Shown here: one piece after another, positions 1 through 11,719 of the stretch
Position numbering within the stretch: the first letter of the stretch is position 1
Layout: every line of letters begins with the position of its first letter
Notes under the pieces: model-generated
What the model was told of the DNA's origin: nothing
What the model saw: the letters and a program-made list of their open reading frames with translations, nothing else
The model's database searches: none
Translations under genes and position numbers: made by a program
Assembly (NCBI GenBank): GCA_043228905.1
Contig: JBHGNT010000012.1
Span: forward strand, 10,788,001-10,852,000
Direction of reading: 5' to 3'
DNA from: Azolla caroliniana
Taxonomy: Eukaryota; Plantae; Polypodiophyta
Length of the DNA: 64,000 bases

Positions 1-539
1 GTTGTTTCTATCGAGCTTCTTCGTCGGAAGCAAGCTAGCCATCGGTGTTTACCTGTTCTTCTTGGTTGGTTTTCTTTTCAAGCTATGTCGACTGCAGAGG
101 TTCTCAACCCTCGCGCTCTGATACCATGTAAAAAGAATAGCATGCGGAAGCAATAAAAGACCGAACACAGAAACGTAGGTTTAATGGAGAGCTTAGAATA
201 TACACAGTACGCGGGCGAGATAGAGAGAGAGCACACAGAAACTCAATTCAAAATAATACTCAATCTATACATCATATGTGTTCAATGAACACTTTTATAC
301 AAGTCCATACAGATTGATAGAAGTACGGTGTACTTCAATGTTCACACAAGCGTTTGACACTAACTATGAGACATTAACTACCTAGTAATCTAGGCTGCTA
401 TTAGGCTTCTCGTTACTAATGGATCCGGCTAACCGGCTCCCCAGCTCACCGGCTCACCGATCCGGCTCATCCTTCCAGATGTCGATCCGGCTCAGGCTTA
501 TTCAGCCGATTCGAATCCGGATGAGTGTGCCGCTCAACG
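1..539 (-). mobile_element. 5' LTR (127-~539) and PBS (115-126) of a Ty1/copia element that runs off the left edge; same family as element K (45966-52412)
   Basis: gctctgatacca at 115-126 reads TGGTATCAGAGC (tRNA-iMet PBS) on the minus strand. The LTR aligns by eye with 45966-46424 and 51965-52412 (aaaagaatagcatgcg...ttattcagccgat...ctcaac). Confidence 0.85.
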
Positions 540-614
540 ATTACCTTAATGGTTAGGCTTCGAATTTCGTAATACGAAGTCCTAGGTTCAAGTCCAGTTG
601 AAGCATAATGTTCA
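540..614 (-). mobile_element. 5' stub of a chromovirus-type LTR carrying a tRNA-like module, inserted in the pol of copia A and itself interrupted by the 127-539 LTR
   Basis: The copia A pol frame (..TSVEEAVMNP) breaks at ~614, where the minus strand reads TG. The plus strand has TACCTTAATGG (542-552) and GGTTCAAGTCC (585-595), arranged as in the LTR at 16197-16266. Confidence 0.55.
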
Positions 615-1734
615 TGGATTCATGACAGCTTCCTCCACCGAGGTCAGCTCACTCACTGAGCCTATGATGTCCACCATCAGAGCCATGTTGACAATGTGGT
701 CAGAGGTTCTACCTTGCTCCTATGTTCTTCTTGATCTTCGTAATCGATCAGTTGAAGTTTCAGGAAATGCAACTTTAGGAGTACGGTCATTGAAGAGTTG
801 TTAAGCCCACTTACATATTTTCTTTACATCTGGCACTGGCATAGGCTGAACAAGTGAGCCATTACCATCAAATGGTTCAGCTTCCTTTTCTGGACAGTGG
901 GTCGGGATTGGGGGGAAATACTTCTTCGGTTAATGAGATAACTTGAGAATCGTTGTTCTCAGCTAGCTGTGGTCGTTCCTCATCGAACGCCACATCACAA
1001 CTTGTCAATATCTTTCTTGCCTCTGGATCGTATAGTCGATAGGTCTTTGACTCTTCACTATATCCAAGAAAGATACACTTCTTGCTTTTAGCATCCAACT
1101 TCTTTCTGCTCACATCTTGAACATGTGCGTAGCACGTACACCCAAAGGTTCTGGAGTGCAGCACTGAACGTTTCTTGCCTAAATAAGCTTCTTGGGGTGT
1201 TTTCCCTTGAAGTGCCTTTGTGTAGCTCCAGTTGAGGATGTAAAGTATTGTATTCAGTGCTTCAGCCTAGAATGGGCCGGGCAACACTTGTGCCTTCAAC
1301 ATAGACCTAGCCATCTTGACAATTGTTCGGTTTCGACGTTCAACAACGCCATTTTGTTGTGGGGTGTAGGTTGTTGTATGTTGGCACTTAATTCCATGCT
1401 CTTTGCAATACTCACAAAATTCTATTGATAAGAATTCTTCACCTAGATCAGAGTGTAACTCCTTCACTAACTTTCCGGACTCCCGCTCGACAAACTTATG
1501 CCATCTTTCGAAGATTTTAAAAGCTTCAACCTTCTCTCGAAGGAAGTAAACGCACATCTTTCTATTGATGTCATCGACTACTAGCATATAGTAGAGAGAT
1601 CCACCCATTGCAGGAGTCACCATTTTTCCAGAGAGGTCGATGTGTATTACCTATAGAGTAGTCTTTGTCCGATTTTGACTCTCTTTTGGAATGGCTGATC
1701 TTTGATGTTTGCCCATCATACAAGCATCACAAAC

Positions 1735-2313
1735 TGTAGAGAAACAGTTGCGGAATATAAATCACAATGAAGGAACTACACACTGAAATACGAATCACAC
1801 CGAAATGCCAGAAAAGACAACATAAACAGATGTACATAGAGATTTACGTGGAAACCCTAAAACGGGGAAAACCACAGGAGCAGAACTTTACTCTACAAAT
1901 AGTGGATATACACCAAAGATGATTACAACACTCTGTCAAGTGTATCAACCACACACGGCTCTTCGCGTCTGCTGTTACAAACACAGTTATGGCGCGACTC
2001 TTCCTTCTTCTCTCACACACACTCTCTCTCTCTACACAATCTATTCTACTCTGTTTGTCACACCTCTACAGCAACATGTTTTCCGTAGTTGCATATATAC
2101 TTACACAACTTTCTGGTTATTTACATACGTAGCCCTCATGGGGCGAACAATTAGACTATTTACAAATATAGTCTCCCGAGTTGCTATTTACACGATTCCG
2201 GTCTCGGCCGAGGCCAAGTTCCTCATCAACCCGGCTCTTGTTTTCCGACTCTTCGGCTGTCGTCTTTCCGAACAGTCGGATCATCCCCCCACTGGAGGGA
2301 CATATTCCCTACA
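1735..2313 (-). repeat. 3' LTR of copia B
   Basis: TG...CA ends, PPT adjacent, direct repeat of 11720-12281. Confidence 0.92.
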
Positions 2314-4042
2314 AACTTCCCCTTCACTCCTGTGGGAGGAAATCTGTCAGTCCTGTATTTTGTCGACAGACTCTGAGTCTGTCCATAGGTAGGTTCTTCG
2401 CCAGCATCTCAGATCCATTGTCGTCGGTATAGATCTTCACAAGGGAAAACACTCCTTCTTCGACTCTTTCCCACAACCAGTGATACCTTCTCTGTATGTG
2501 CTTGGTCCGGGAGTGGTATGTTGCGTTCTTGGCTACGTGTATAGCGCTTTGGCTATCACAACGAAGCACGAACTCCTTTTGCTTCATGCCTAGTTCGGTG
2601 ACAAAATTTCTTATCTAGATCAGCTCTTTTCCGGCCTCTACCACTGCCATATACTCTGCCTCTGTAGTCGACAAGGCTACAGACTTCTGCAGTCGTGACC
2701 ACCACGACACTGCTCCCCCTACATAGGTCATCACGTACCCTGACGTGGATTGGCTTGAATCGGTATCTCTAGACATGTCCAAATCGGTAAAACCTTCCAA
2801 CACAGGTTTTCCGACACCATACCTTAGGCACATCTCCGAGGTGCCTTTAAAGTATCTGAGTATCCACTTCACCACTGCCCAATGTTCTCTCCCTGGATTA
2901 CTCATATATCGGCTTACTGCTCCCACAACAAATGCTATGTCCGGTCTCGTATAGACCATAGCATACATTAGACTACCGACGGTAGAGGCATATGGTACCT
3001 TCCTCATCTCAGCCTTCTCCTTCTGTCCCTTCGGACACTACTTCGCATTTAATCTGCAGTTTGTCGACAACATGGAGCTGACCGGCTTTGCATTCGACAT
3101 TTTGAACCTCTCTAGGATCTTCGTCACGTACTTCTGTTGTGACAACCATAGCACCTTTCGACCTCTTTCTCGGGTTCTGTGCATTCCTAGGATTTGCTTT
3201 GCCGGTCCAAGGTCTTTCATGGCAAATGATTTGCCAAGAGCTTTCTTCAAGCTTCCAATCTTCCTTGCATCTTGGCCGACTATCAAAAAGTCATCAACAT
3301 ATAGCAAGAGAATCAAGAAATCTCCTTCCTCATACCTTTTTACGAACACAATGTGATCAACTTGTGTTTTCTGGAACCGATGTTCCATCATGAAGGACTT
3401 GAATTTCTTGTACCATTGGCGTGGAGCTTGTTTTAGTCCGTACAAGCTTTTCCTCAGTCGACACACCAGATTCTCCTTCCCTTTCTCCTCAAAGCCTTCG
3501 GGTTGATACATGTAGATCTCTTCGTCTAACTCCCCATGCAAAAATGCGGTTTTGACATCCAATTGTTCGATCTCCAGGTCCATGCGGGCCGCTATGCTCA
3601 AAACAGTTCGTATGGATGTCATCTTCACGACTGGTGCGAAAATTTCTTCAAAGTCAACGCCCTTCCTCTGTTGGAAACCCTTCACCATTATACAGGCTTT
3701 ATACCTAGGCTCACTGTCGACTTCTCCAGTCTTCACCTTGTAGACCCATTTATTCCTGAGTGCTCTCTTACCTTTCGACAGCTCTACTAGGTCGTAGGTG
3801 TAATTTGCATCCAAGGATTCCATCTCCTCTTGCATCGCATTCAGCCATTTTTCTCTGCTCTCTCGTCGGCAATGGCTTCTTCATAGCATTGCGGTTCACC
3901 GTCATTAGTCAAGAGGACGTATTGACTGGCATATGTAGTCGGTGCCTTCCTTTCTCTGAGTGGGTACCTTCGTCCACTCGCTATTGACTCTATTTCGGAT
4001 GTCTCTGCTCGAGATTCTGCTCGTCAATTGGCATCTCCAGGT

Positions 4043-4509
4043 TGTTGAGAAGCAAGCTCAACATGGTATGCGATGCTTATTGGGAAATAAGCTATAGTAG
4101 CTATTTAGCTACTAGTGAACAAAAAGGTAAAACAGCTATTTAGCTAGTGACAGCTAATTAGCTAGTGAACAGCTATTTAGCGACTGACAGCTAATTAGCT
4201 ACTGGCAGCTAATTAGCTGCATGTGTAATAACTTATGACTTAGGTAAAAGTAAGTGAGAGTGAATAGGAAGTAAGAAGTAAGAAAAAACAGAGTATAGTG
4301 AGTAGAGAACTCTGAGAGAGTGAGAGACCAGAAGACTGACGAGAGCAAGTTGAGCTCTACATGTAATAGAAGAAAACCATTTTGTTACTACAGAGGTAAG
4401 TCCCCTTTCCTTTCTCTGTCTGTTTAGAGCACGCTAACGATCCAGCACACTACGATCCGCCGCGCATACAAAAGAAGAGCCCGAGTGCCTTCTTCACGTT
4501 TTCTTAACA
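4043..4509 (+). repeat. 5' LTR of copia C
   Basis: Direct repeat of 9019-9485, followed by the PBS. Confidence 0.97.
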
Positions 4510-4653
4510 TGGTATCAGAGCAGAGTAGCTCGTAAGGAAGAGTATAGCAGTGCCTTAATCTGAGAAAGTTATTTCTCTGGTTGCTGATCAGAAATCAGAA
4601 AGTTACTTGTTGAAGTAACTAAAGCAAAACCCTGGTTTTTTGGAAGGAAAAAA

Positions 4654-7600
4654 ATGGCTGCAGAGAATGTAGGCCAAATGGTCACAGAGAAATTAGATAA
4701 AAACAATTTCCCGGCGTGGAAATTCAGAATGACAAACTTTCTGATGGGGAAAGGATACTGGGATTACATTGAAGGAGACCTAGAAGAGGCTCCAGAGATC
4801 CCAGAAGAGAATGCAACAGCTGCACATATTAAGGCATTTAAAGATTGGAATCAAGGGGCAAGGAAAGTAATGCATTGGCTATCACTCAGCATCTCAGATT
4901 CAATGCTTGGGCATATACAAGATGCTATGCTCCCAAAAGAAGCTTGGGACAACTTGGTAAAACTGTTTGCTGTGAACACAAAGGCTAGAAAGCTCCAGTT
5001 AAAGACTGAGCTAAATACCTTGGAGAAAGGTAAGATGTCAATAAATGAATATGCCTTAAAAATCAAGAGTATATGTGAATCACTTGCTTCTATCAATGTG
5101 AAGATAGAAGATGATGACAAAGTGGAAATATGCTTAAGAGGCTTAGGACCTCAATACAAGAGTTTTAAAACTTCTATGCTCACAAGGGATAGTATCCCAA
5201 GTTTTTCAGATCTAGTCTCAATGCTTGTGGTAGAGGAAAGGAATCAGATGGATGATGCAAATAAAGGAAACTCAGAGAACGAGGGGCAAGCCCTCTATAA
5301 TAATGCCGGAAGAGGCCGAGGAAGAGGCCATGGAAGATTTGGCTCAGGAAGAACCAATAATAATGGCTTTCAAGGAAGAGGACAACAAGCTCATAGAGGA
5401 GGAAACAACAACAGAGGCAGGGGGAGCAACCGAGGTAGAGGTAAGCAAACTTATGTAAATGATGATGGCTGCTGGTATTGTGGTAAACCAGGCCATACAC
5501 AGGCTGAATGTTACAAGAAACAAAATGATGAGAAAAGAGGAAAAGGACAACAGAGTAACTATGCCTCTACTAGTGAAGATTGTGAAAAGGAAGGTGTTTG
5601 TGTAGTGCAACATGAGATAGCAGCAGTGGCTGAAAGCTCACAGAAATGTAATGAAGAGTTTACGTGGTATGTAGACTCGGGAGCATCTAACCATATGACT
5701 GGACATGCAAATTGGTTTGAGAGTTTAAGAGAACCAGAGGTTCCTAGTTATGTACAAACAGGTGATGACACAACTCACCAAATAAAACATGTTGGAGATA
5801 TCCCATTGTGGGAAGAAAGAGGAAAAACCAAGTATATGTTGGATGTGATGCATGTTCCAAATCTTGCTAAGAATCTGATTTCTGTTGGACAGATAGTAGA
5901 GCAAGGTATGCAAGTAAAGTTTAAGCCAAGTGGATGCTATATAGAAAAGAATGGGAAGCTCATTGCAAAAGGGAAGAGACAAGGAAGAATGTTTATCTTG
6001 GATGTAGAAATGCCCAAACAGATTTCAGCCATGTTTGCAAATGGAACGAGTGTAATCTCAGATGTGGAAATGTGGCATAAAAGGATTGGCCATATAAGTA
6101 TGCAAACATTAAAGAATATGTTGAGAAAAGATGCAGTGGCTGGACTGCCAAACTTGAAAAAGTGTGAAATGGGAAAAGTATGTGAAGCATGTCAATATGG
6201 TAAGCAAAACAGATTGCCATTCCCTCATGAGAGACATGTAAGCAAAAATCTGTTGGATTTGGTACATACAGATGTATGGGGACCAACAAAGAATGCATCT
6301 ATCGGTGGATGCAGATTTTATGTTACATTTATTGATGATTGTTCACGGAAGACATGGGTGTACTTCATGAAGGAGAAAAGTGAAGTATTTGACTGTTTTC
6401 GTAAGTTTAAATGCATGGTAGAAAAGCAGGCTGGTACAAGGATAAAATGTTTGAGATCTGATGGAGGAGGAGAGTATTTCTCCAATGAATTTTCTGATTT
6501 TTTGTGTAATCAGGGAATAAGAAGACAGTTCACATGCCGATATACTCCACAGCAAAATGGAGTTGCTGAGAGGAAAAATAGAACTTTGGTGAACATAGCA
6601 AGGGCAATGATGATTGAGAAGAACATGCCATTATACTATTGGGCAGAAGCTGTAAATACAGCAAATTACATTTTGAATAGATGTATTACATCAGGAGTAC
6701 ATGAGGCAACTCCTGAAGAGTGTTTTTATGGCAGGAAGCCTAGCTTACAACACTTGAAAGTGTTTGGATGCCTTGCATATGTACATGTGCCTGTAGAAGT
6801 AAGAAGTAAGTTGGATCCAAAAGCAGAAAAATGTATCTTTGTTGGATATTCAGAAGAACAAAAAGGGTACAGATGTTATAACCCTATGACTAAAAAGATT
6901 GTGACAAGTCGAGATGTGATATTTGATGAGTTGGCTAGTTGGTACAGCCCAAAACAGAATCTAGAGACTGATGAAGACTGTCAAAATGAAGACAAAGACA
7001 GATCAGAAAATGTAGAAGACTGTCACAGAGATGGAGACAAGGTTGGACAGCAAAGTCCAACATCAACAGAATGTTCTGGACCATCAAAAAGCTCAGATGG
7101 TAAATCTGATTCAAATTCATGGAGTGGAAAAACTGGACAGAAAAAATCTGATGACAAAAAAGGAAAACAGAAAATGCCAGAGTATGAAATCCCGGATGAC
7201 CTATCAAAAAACATGGAAGATGAAGATTCAGATATGTCTTTGGATGATTTCCTTGGAATACAGGAAATGAAAATCCCTGGTATGGAAAAGGCAATAAAGA
7301 ATGCAAATCAGAAACTGAGAAGATCAGATAGAGAGAAAAAGACTGTGGAAAGATTTGGGTATGATACATATATGGCTATGCACTATGCATATATGTCTAA
7401 GGTGGTACAGATCCCTGACCCAAACAGCTTTGAAGAAGCAAAATCTGAGAAGAAATGGATGGATGCAATGCAAGAAGAGATTGATGCATTGGCTGAGAAC
7501 AAAACGTGGGATTTAGTGAAGTTACCAAAAGAGAAAAATGTGGTAGGCTGCAAATGGGTCTACAAGACAAAGCATGACTCCAATGGGAATGTAAGTAGAC

Positions 7601-9000
7601 ATAAAGCAAGATTGGTTGCAAAAGGATATGCTCAGATGCAAGGGATTGATTATGATGAGACTTTTGCACCGGTTGCAAAGATGGCAACCTTGAGAACACT
7701 ACTTGCTGTAGGAGCAGCCAGAAAATGGATTTTGCATCACATGGATGTAAAAAATGCTTTTTTACATGGTAACTTGGAAGAAGAAGTGTATATGAGTCAA
7801 CCACCAGGTTTTGAAGATAAGAAACATCCTGATTATGTATGTAAGCTGAAAAAAGCTCTCTATGGACTGAAACAGACACCAAGAGCATGGCACAGAGAAC
7901 TTTCAGATTCTCTGAAAAATCTTGGTTTCAAAATGTCAAAAGCTGATCCTTCTTTGTATGTAAAAAGTGAAAATGATTGCATTGTTATTATTCTGATTTA
8001 TGTAGATGATTTGATTATTGGAGGAGATTCCGTGGATGAAATAAGAAAGTTGAAAAAAAATCTGGAAATGCAGTTTCATATGAAAGATTTGGGAGATCTG
8101 AGATATTTTCTTGGTATTGAAATCATCAGATCTGAAAGTGGTATATGTATGTTGCAAAAACAGTATGCAACAACTATGTTGAAAAAGTATGGTATGCTTG
8201 GATGCAAACCTATTGTTGTACCACTTGATAAAAACTGCAAGTTGAGGGCTGATTTGGGAGCCAAGATAGAAGATGTAAACATGTACAGGTCTATGGTGGG
8301 CAGCCTTATTTATTTGACTATAACAAGACCTGATTTGAGCTATGTTGTTGGATTAGTCAGCCAGTTTATGCAACAGCCAACAAAGCCACATTTGGACTGC
8401 ATCAGAAGGATTCTGAGGTATGTAAAAGCAACTCAGAACTTTGGACTATGTTACAGGGCTGATCTAGACATAAATCTGGAAGGATATACAGATGCTGATT
8501 GGGCTGGAAGCCAAACAGACAGGAGATCCACAAGTGGATACATGTTTACCCTGGGAAGTGCAGGAATTTCATGGAGTAGCAAGAAACAGGCTACTGTTGC
8601 ATTGTCCAGTACAGAAGCTGAGTATAGAGGGGCTGCAATAGCCACATGTGAAGAGGTATGGATTAGAAGATTGCTTGCTGATTTGGGAGAGTATATAGAA
8701 GGTACTGTCACAATCTGGTGTGACAACATGAGCAGCATTCAACTTGCAAAGAACCCTGTGTTCCATGCAAGAACAAAGCACATTGAAGTGCATTATCACT
8801 TTGTTAGAGAAAAAGTGATTGAAGGAGAAGTTGATCTGGTGTATGTGAATACAAATCAGCAGGTTGCTGATATTCTCCCAAAGGGATTGAGTGTGGAAAA
8901 GCATACACAGTTTCGGAACATGATGGGAGTTGTAAACATTGATGAGATGGCTAAAAAGCAAATGGAAAAGAAGATTGTAGATAACCCCAAGAAAGGATAA
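4654..9000 (+). CDS. Ty1/copia Gag-Pol polyprotein (1448 aa)
   Basis: Domains in copia order: Gag N-terminus KLDKNNFPAWKFRM, CWYCGKPGHTQAEC knuckle, protease WYVDSGASNH, integrase HHCC and DDE (TPQQNGVAER), RT YVDD, RNase H CDNMSS..HARTKHIEV. Confidence 0.97.
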   Translation: MAAENVGQMVTEKLDKNNFPAWKFRMTNFLMGKGYWDYIEGDLEEAPEIPEENATAAHIKAFKDWNQGARKVMHWLSLSISDSMLGHIQDAMLPKEAWDNLVKLFAVNTKARKLQLKTELNTLEKGKMSINEYALKIKSICESLASINVKIEDDDKVEICLRGLGPQYKSFKTSMLTRDSIPSFSDLVSMLVVEERNQMDDANKGNSENEGQALYNNAGRGRGRGHGRFGSGRTNNNGFQGRGQQAHRGGNNNRGRGSNRGRGKQTYVNDDGCWYCGKPGHTQAECYKKQNDEKRGKGQQSNYASTSEDCEKEGVCVVQHEIAAVAESSQKCNEEFTWYVDSGASNHMTGHANWFESLREPEVPSYVQTGDDTTHQIKHVGDIPLWEERGKTKYMLDVMHVPNLAKNLISVGQIVEQGMQVKFKPSGCYIEKNGKLIAKGKRQGRMFILDVEMPKQISAMFANGTSVISDVEMWHKRIGHISMQTLKNMLRKDAVAGLPNLKKCEMGKVCEACQYGKQNRLPFPHERHVSKNLLDLVHTDVWGPTKNASIGGCRFYVTFIDDCSRKTWVYFMKEKSEVFDCFRKFKCMVEKQAGTRIKCLRSDGGGEYFSNEFSDFLCNQGIRRQFTCRYTPQQNGVAERKNRTLVNIARAMMIEKNMPLYYWAEAVNTANYILNRCITSGVHEATPEECFYGRKPSLQHLKVFGCLAYVHVPVEVRSKLDPKAEKCIFVGYSEEQKGYRCYNPMTKKIVTSRDVIFDELASWYSPKQNLETDEDCQNEDKDRSENVEDCHRDGDKVGQQSPTSTECSGPSKSSDGKSDSNSWSGKTGQKKSDDKKGKQKMPEYEIPDDLSKNMEDEDSDMSLDDFLGIQEMKIPGMEKAIKNANQKLRRSDREKKTVERFGYDTYMAMHYAYMSKVVQIPDPNSFEEAKSEKKWMDAMQEEIDALAENKTWDLVKLPKEKNVVGCKWVYKTKHDSNGNVSRHKARLVAKGYAQMQGIDYDETFAPVAKMATLRTLLAVGAARKWILHHMDVKNAFLHGNLEEEVYMSQPPGFEDKKHPDYVCKLKKALYGLKQTPRAWHRELSDSLKNLGFKMSKADPSLYVKSENDCIVIILIYVDDLIIGGDSVDEIRKLKKNLEMQFHMKDLGDLRYFLGIEIIRSESGICMLQKQYATTMLKKYGMLGCKPIVVPLDKNCKLRADLGAKIEDVNMYRSMVGSLIYLTITRPDLSYVVGLVSQFMQQPTKPHLDCIRRILRYVKATQNFGLCYRADLDINLEGYTDADWAGSQTDRRSTSGYMFTLGSAGISWSSKKQATVALSSTEAEYRGAAIATCEEVWIRRLLADLGEYIEGTVTIWCDNMSSIQLAKNPVFHARTKHIEVHYHFVREKVIEGEVDLVYVNTNQQVADILPKGLSVEKHTQFRNMMGVVNIDEMAKKQMEKKIVDNPKKG

Positions 9001-9018
9001 GTTGAGCTTGAGGGGGAG

Positions 9019-9485
9019 TGTTGAGAAGCAAGCTCAACATGGTATGCGATGCTTATTGGGAAATAAGCTATAGTAGCTATTTAGCTACTAGTGAACAAAA
9101 AGGTAAAACAGCTATTTAGCTAGTGACAGCTAATTAGCTAGTGAACAGCTATTTAGCGACTGACAGCTAATTAGCTACTGGCAGCTAATTAGCTGCATGT
9201 GTAATAACTTATGACTTAGGTAAAAGTAAGTGAGAGTGAATAGGAAGTAAGAAGTAAGAAAAAACAGAGTATAGTGAGTAGAGAACTCTGAGAGAGTGAG
9301 AGACCAGAAGACTGACGAGAGCAAGTTGAGCTCTACATGTAATAGAAGAAAACCATTTTGCTACTACAGAGGTAAGTCCCCTTTCCTTTCTCTGTCTGTT
9401 TAGAGCACGCTAACGATCCAGCACACTACGATCCGCCGCGCATACAAAAGAAGATCCTGAGTGCCTTCTTCACGTTTTCTTAACA
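9019..9485 (+). repeat. 3' LTR of copia C
   Basis: Preceded by the PPT; direct repeat of 4043-4509. Confidence 0.97.
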
Positions 9486-11719
9486 CAGGTTGGATAACTC
9501 CAACTCATATTCATCAATTGACTTCAGCAGCTCTGCCGACTCTGACTCATAGTCTGTCGGTCTTTCCGAGTCGACCAACTCGGATTTGGCTTTGTCGGCC
9601 AGCTGTCTCCTTACAGTTGCTAGTGACGACTCACTTGGCCTTAACTCAATGATAGTCAAGGTTGACTGGGGAGTCGGTTCCGACTTCTGTTGCTTCCAGT
9701 CTTCAATTGTCTTATCTTCAAGAAAGACTACATCTCGACTTCTCACTACCTTCTTATCGACTAAGTCCCACAACCTGTAGCCGAACTCATATTCCGAGTA
9801 TCCCATGAATATGAATGCTTTCGACTTGCTCTCGAGCTTTGACCTCTGATCCTTTGGTACACGCATATACGCCAAACATTCGAACACCCTCAGGTGTTGG
9901 TAGGAGACATCCTTCCCTGTCCACACCCTTTGTGGGACATCACCCTTTAATGGCACTGAGGGAGACTTGTTGATCAGATAAACAATTGTGTACATCGCCT
10001 CAACCCAATAGTATTTCGGTAGTTTTGCATGGGAGAGCATGCTCCTTACTCTCTCCATGATTGTTCGATTCATCCTCTCTGCAAGCCCGTTCAACTTGGG
10101 GCTTTGGCAATGTGTATTGGATCCGAATACCTTGGCTGTTGGAGTATTCTTCGAACTGCCCTTTGTACTCACCATCGTTGTCGGTTCGAACAACCTTTAG
10201 TTTCCGACCCGACTCTCTTTCGGTTCTTGCCTGGGAATCCTTGAGTACGAAGGCCCATGTCTTCTGACTATAGTTGTCAATAAACGTTACAAAGTATTGT
10301 CCTCCTCGATGCGATGGAGTATCCACATAGCACACATCCGTGTGCACTAGTTCCAGTGCAGCTTCTCTTCTCCTCGGTGGTCTCGAGTGGAATGCCGCCC
10401 TATTCTGCTTTCTGGCTAAGCAGTCAACACACTTCTCCATGTGCATTCCCTTCTTGCTCATGTGGCCTAGCCTCTTATGCCATATCTCCCCTGTCGAGTC
10501 GGCTGCCACGTTTACTTCCGATTTGCACAGTCGGGCATGCATCATGTACAATGTGCCTTCTTTCTATGCTTGGGCCACTATGAGATTTCCTCTGCAGAAC
10601 TTCCACTTGCCATTCCGAAAGCTACCACTGTAGCCTTCGTCGTCAAGCCTTCCAGTCGATATCAGATTCAATCTGCTATCGGGGATGTGTCGAACATCCT
10701 TCAACGTTAGTCGACACCCTATCGACGTCGTTAAGCACAGACTTCCAACTCCGGTTATCTTGCACTCTCCACTATCACCTATCTTTACATAGCCATGATC
10801 TCCGGATATGTAAGTCGAGAAATACTCTCTCGACGGAGTAATATGGAAGGATGCACCGTAGTCAATCACCCACATGCAATCTTCACTCGCAAGATTTGCA
10901 CTCATCTATTCACAAATGAACAGGATTTCCTCATTGCTTGTAGCAATGGCCGAAGTGTTCTTTTCATCCGGAATTTTCCGGGGTTCGACATTATTTCCAA
11001 CACTGTTGTCTTTTCTCATGTGTCAGCAGTCCTTCTGGAAGTGTCTAGGTTTTCCACAATAAAAGCACACAGGCTTACCTCTGGACTTCGATCTGGCGTG
11101 CGATTTGTCCGTTCGCTGCAGACTTCTTCTTCTCCGGTCCCTTCCTCTGTCCATATGTTGAGTTAGATTCGACTTTGTTTGGGACATGACTCCTTTGTCT
11201 TTCCTCCTTGCCTCCTCATTTAGGATGCTTGTCTTCACCGTCTATAAAGACAAGTTGTCTTCTTGACAGCAGATGCTGAGAGTAACCACCAAGTTCTCCC
11301 AGCTTTCCGGCAATGTGCAAATCAGCAGGATGGCCTGCATTGCATCATCTAGGGGGAACTTGGTCATTACAAGTTGATTTACATACCCCATAAATGTGTT
11401 GATGTGTTCGACGATGCTCTCACCGTCTCTGTATTTCAGCCGCACGATTTTTCTCATCAGCGAGGTTCTATTGAGAGCGTTCTTCCTCTCATAAAGACTT
11501 GATAGCTTCTACCACATCTCATAAGCATTTGTGTCGTTCGCCACATGCTAAAGGACACTTACATCGACGCATTGTCGGATAGTGGCAACGGCCTTTTTGT
11601 TTAGGAGCTTCCAGTCTGACTCCAATACCCCCCTGGGTATTTTTGCTCTGTCGACTGGCTCGTACAGGTTTTTTACTATGAGAAAGTCTTCCATCTTGAT
11701 CTTCCAGTGTGCATAGTTC

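Larger units (their letters stand above)
4043..9485 (+). mobile_element. Intact young Ty1/copia element C nested in B
   Basis: 467-bp LTRs at 4043-4509 and 9019-9485 (TG...CA, 3 mismatches seen by eye). TSD CAGGT at 4038-4042 and 9486-9490. PBS TGGTATCAGAGC at 4510-4521, PPT TGAGGGGGAG at 9009-9018. Single uninterrupted ORF. Confidence 0.98.
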
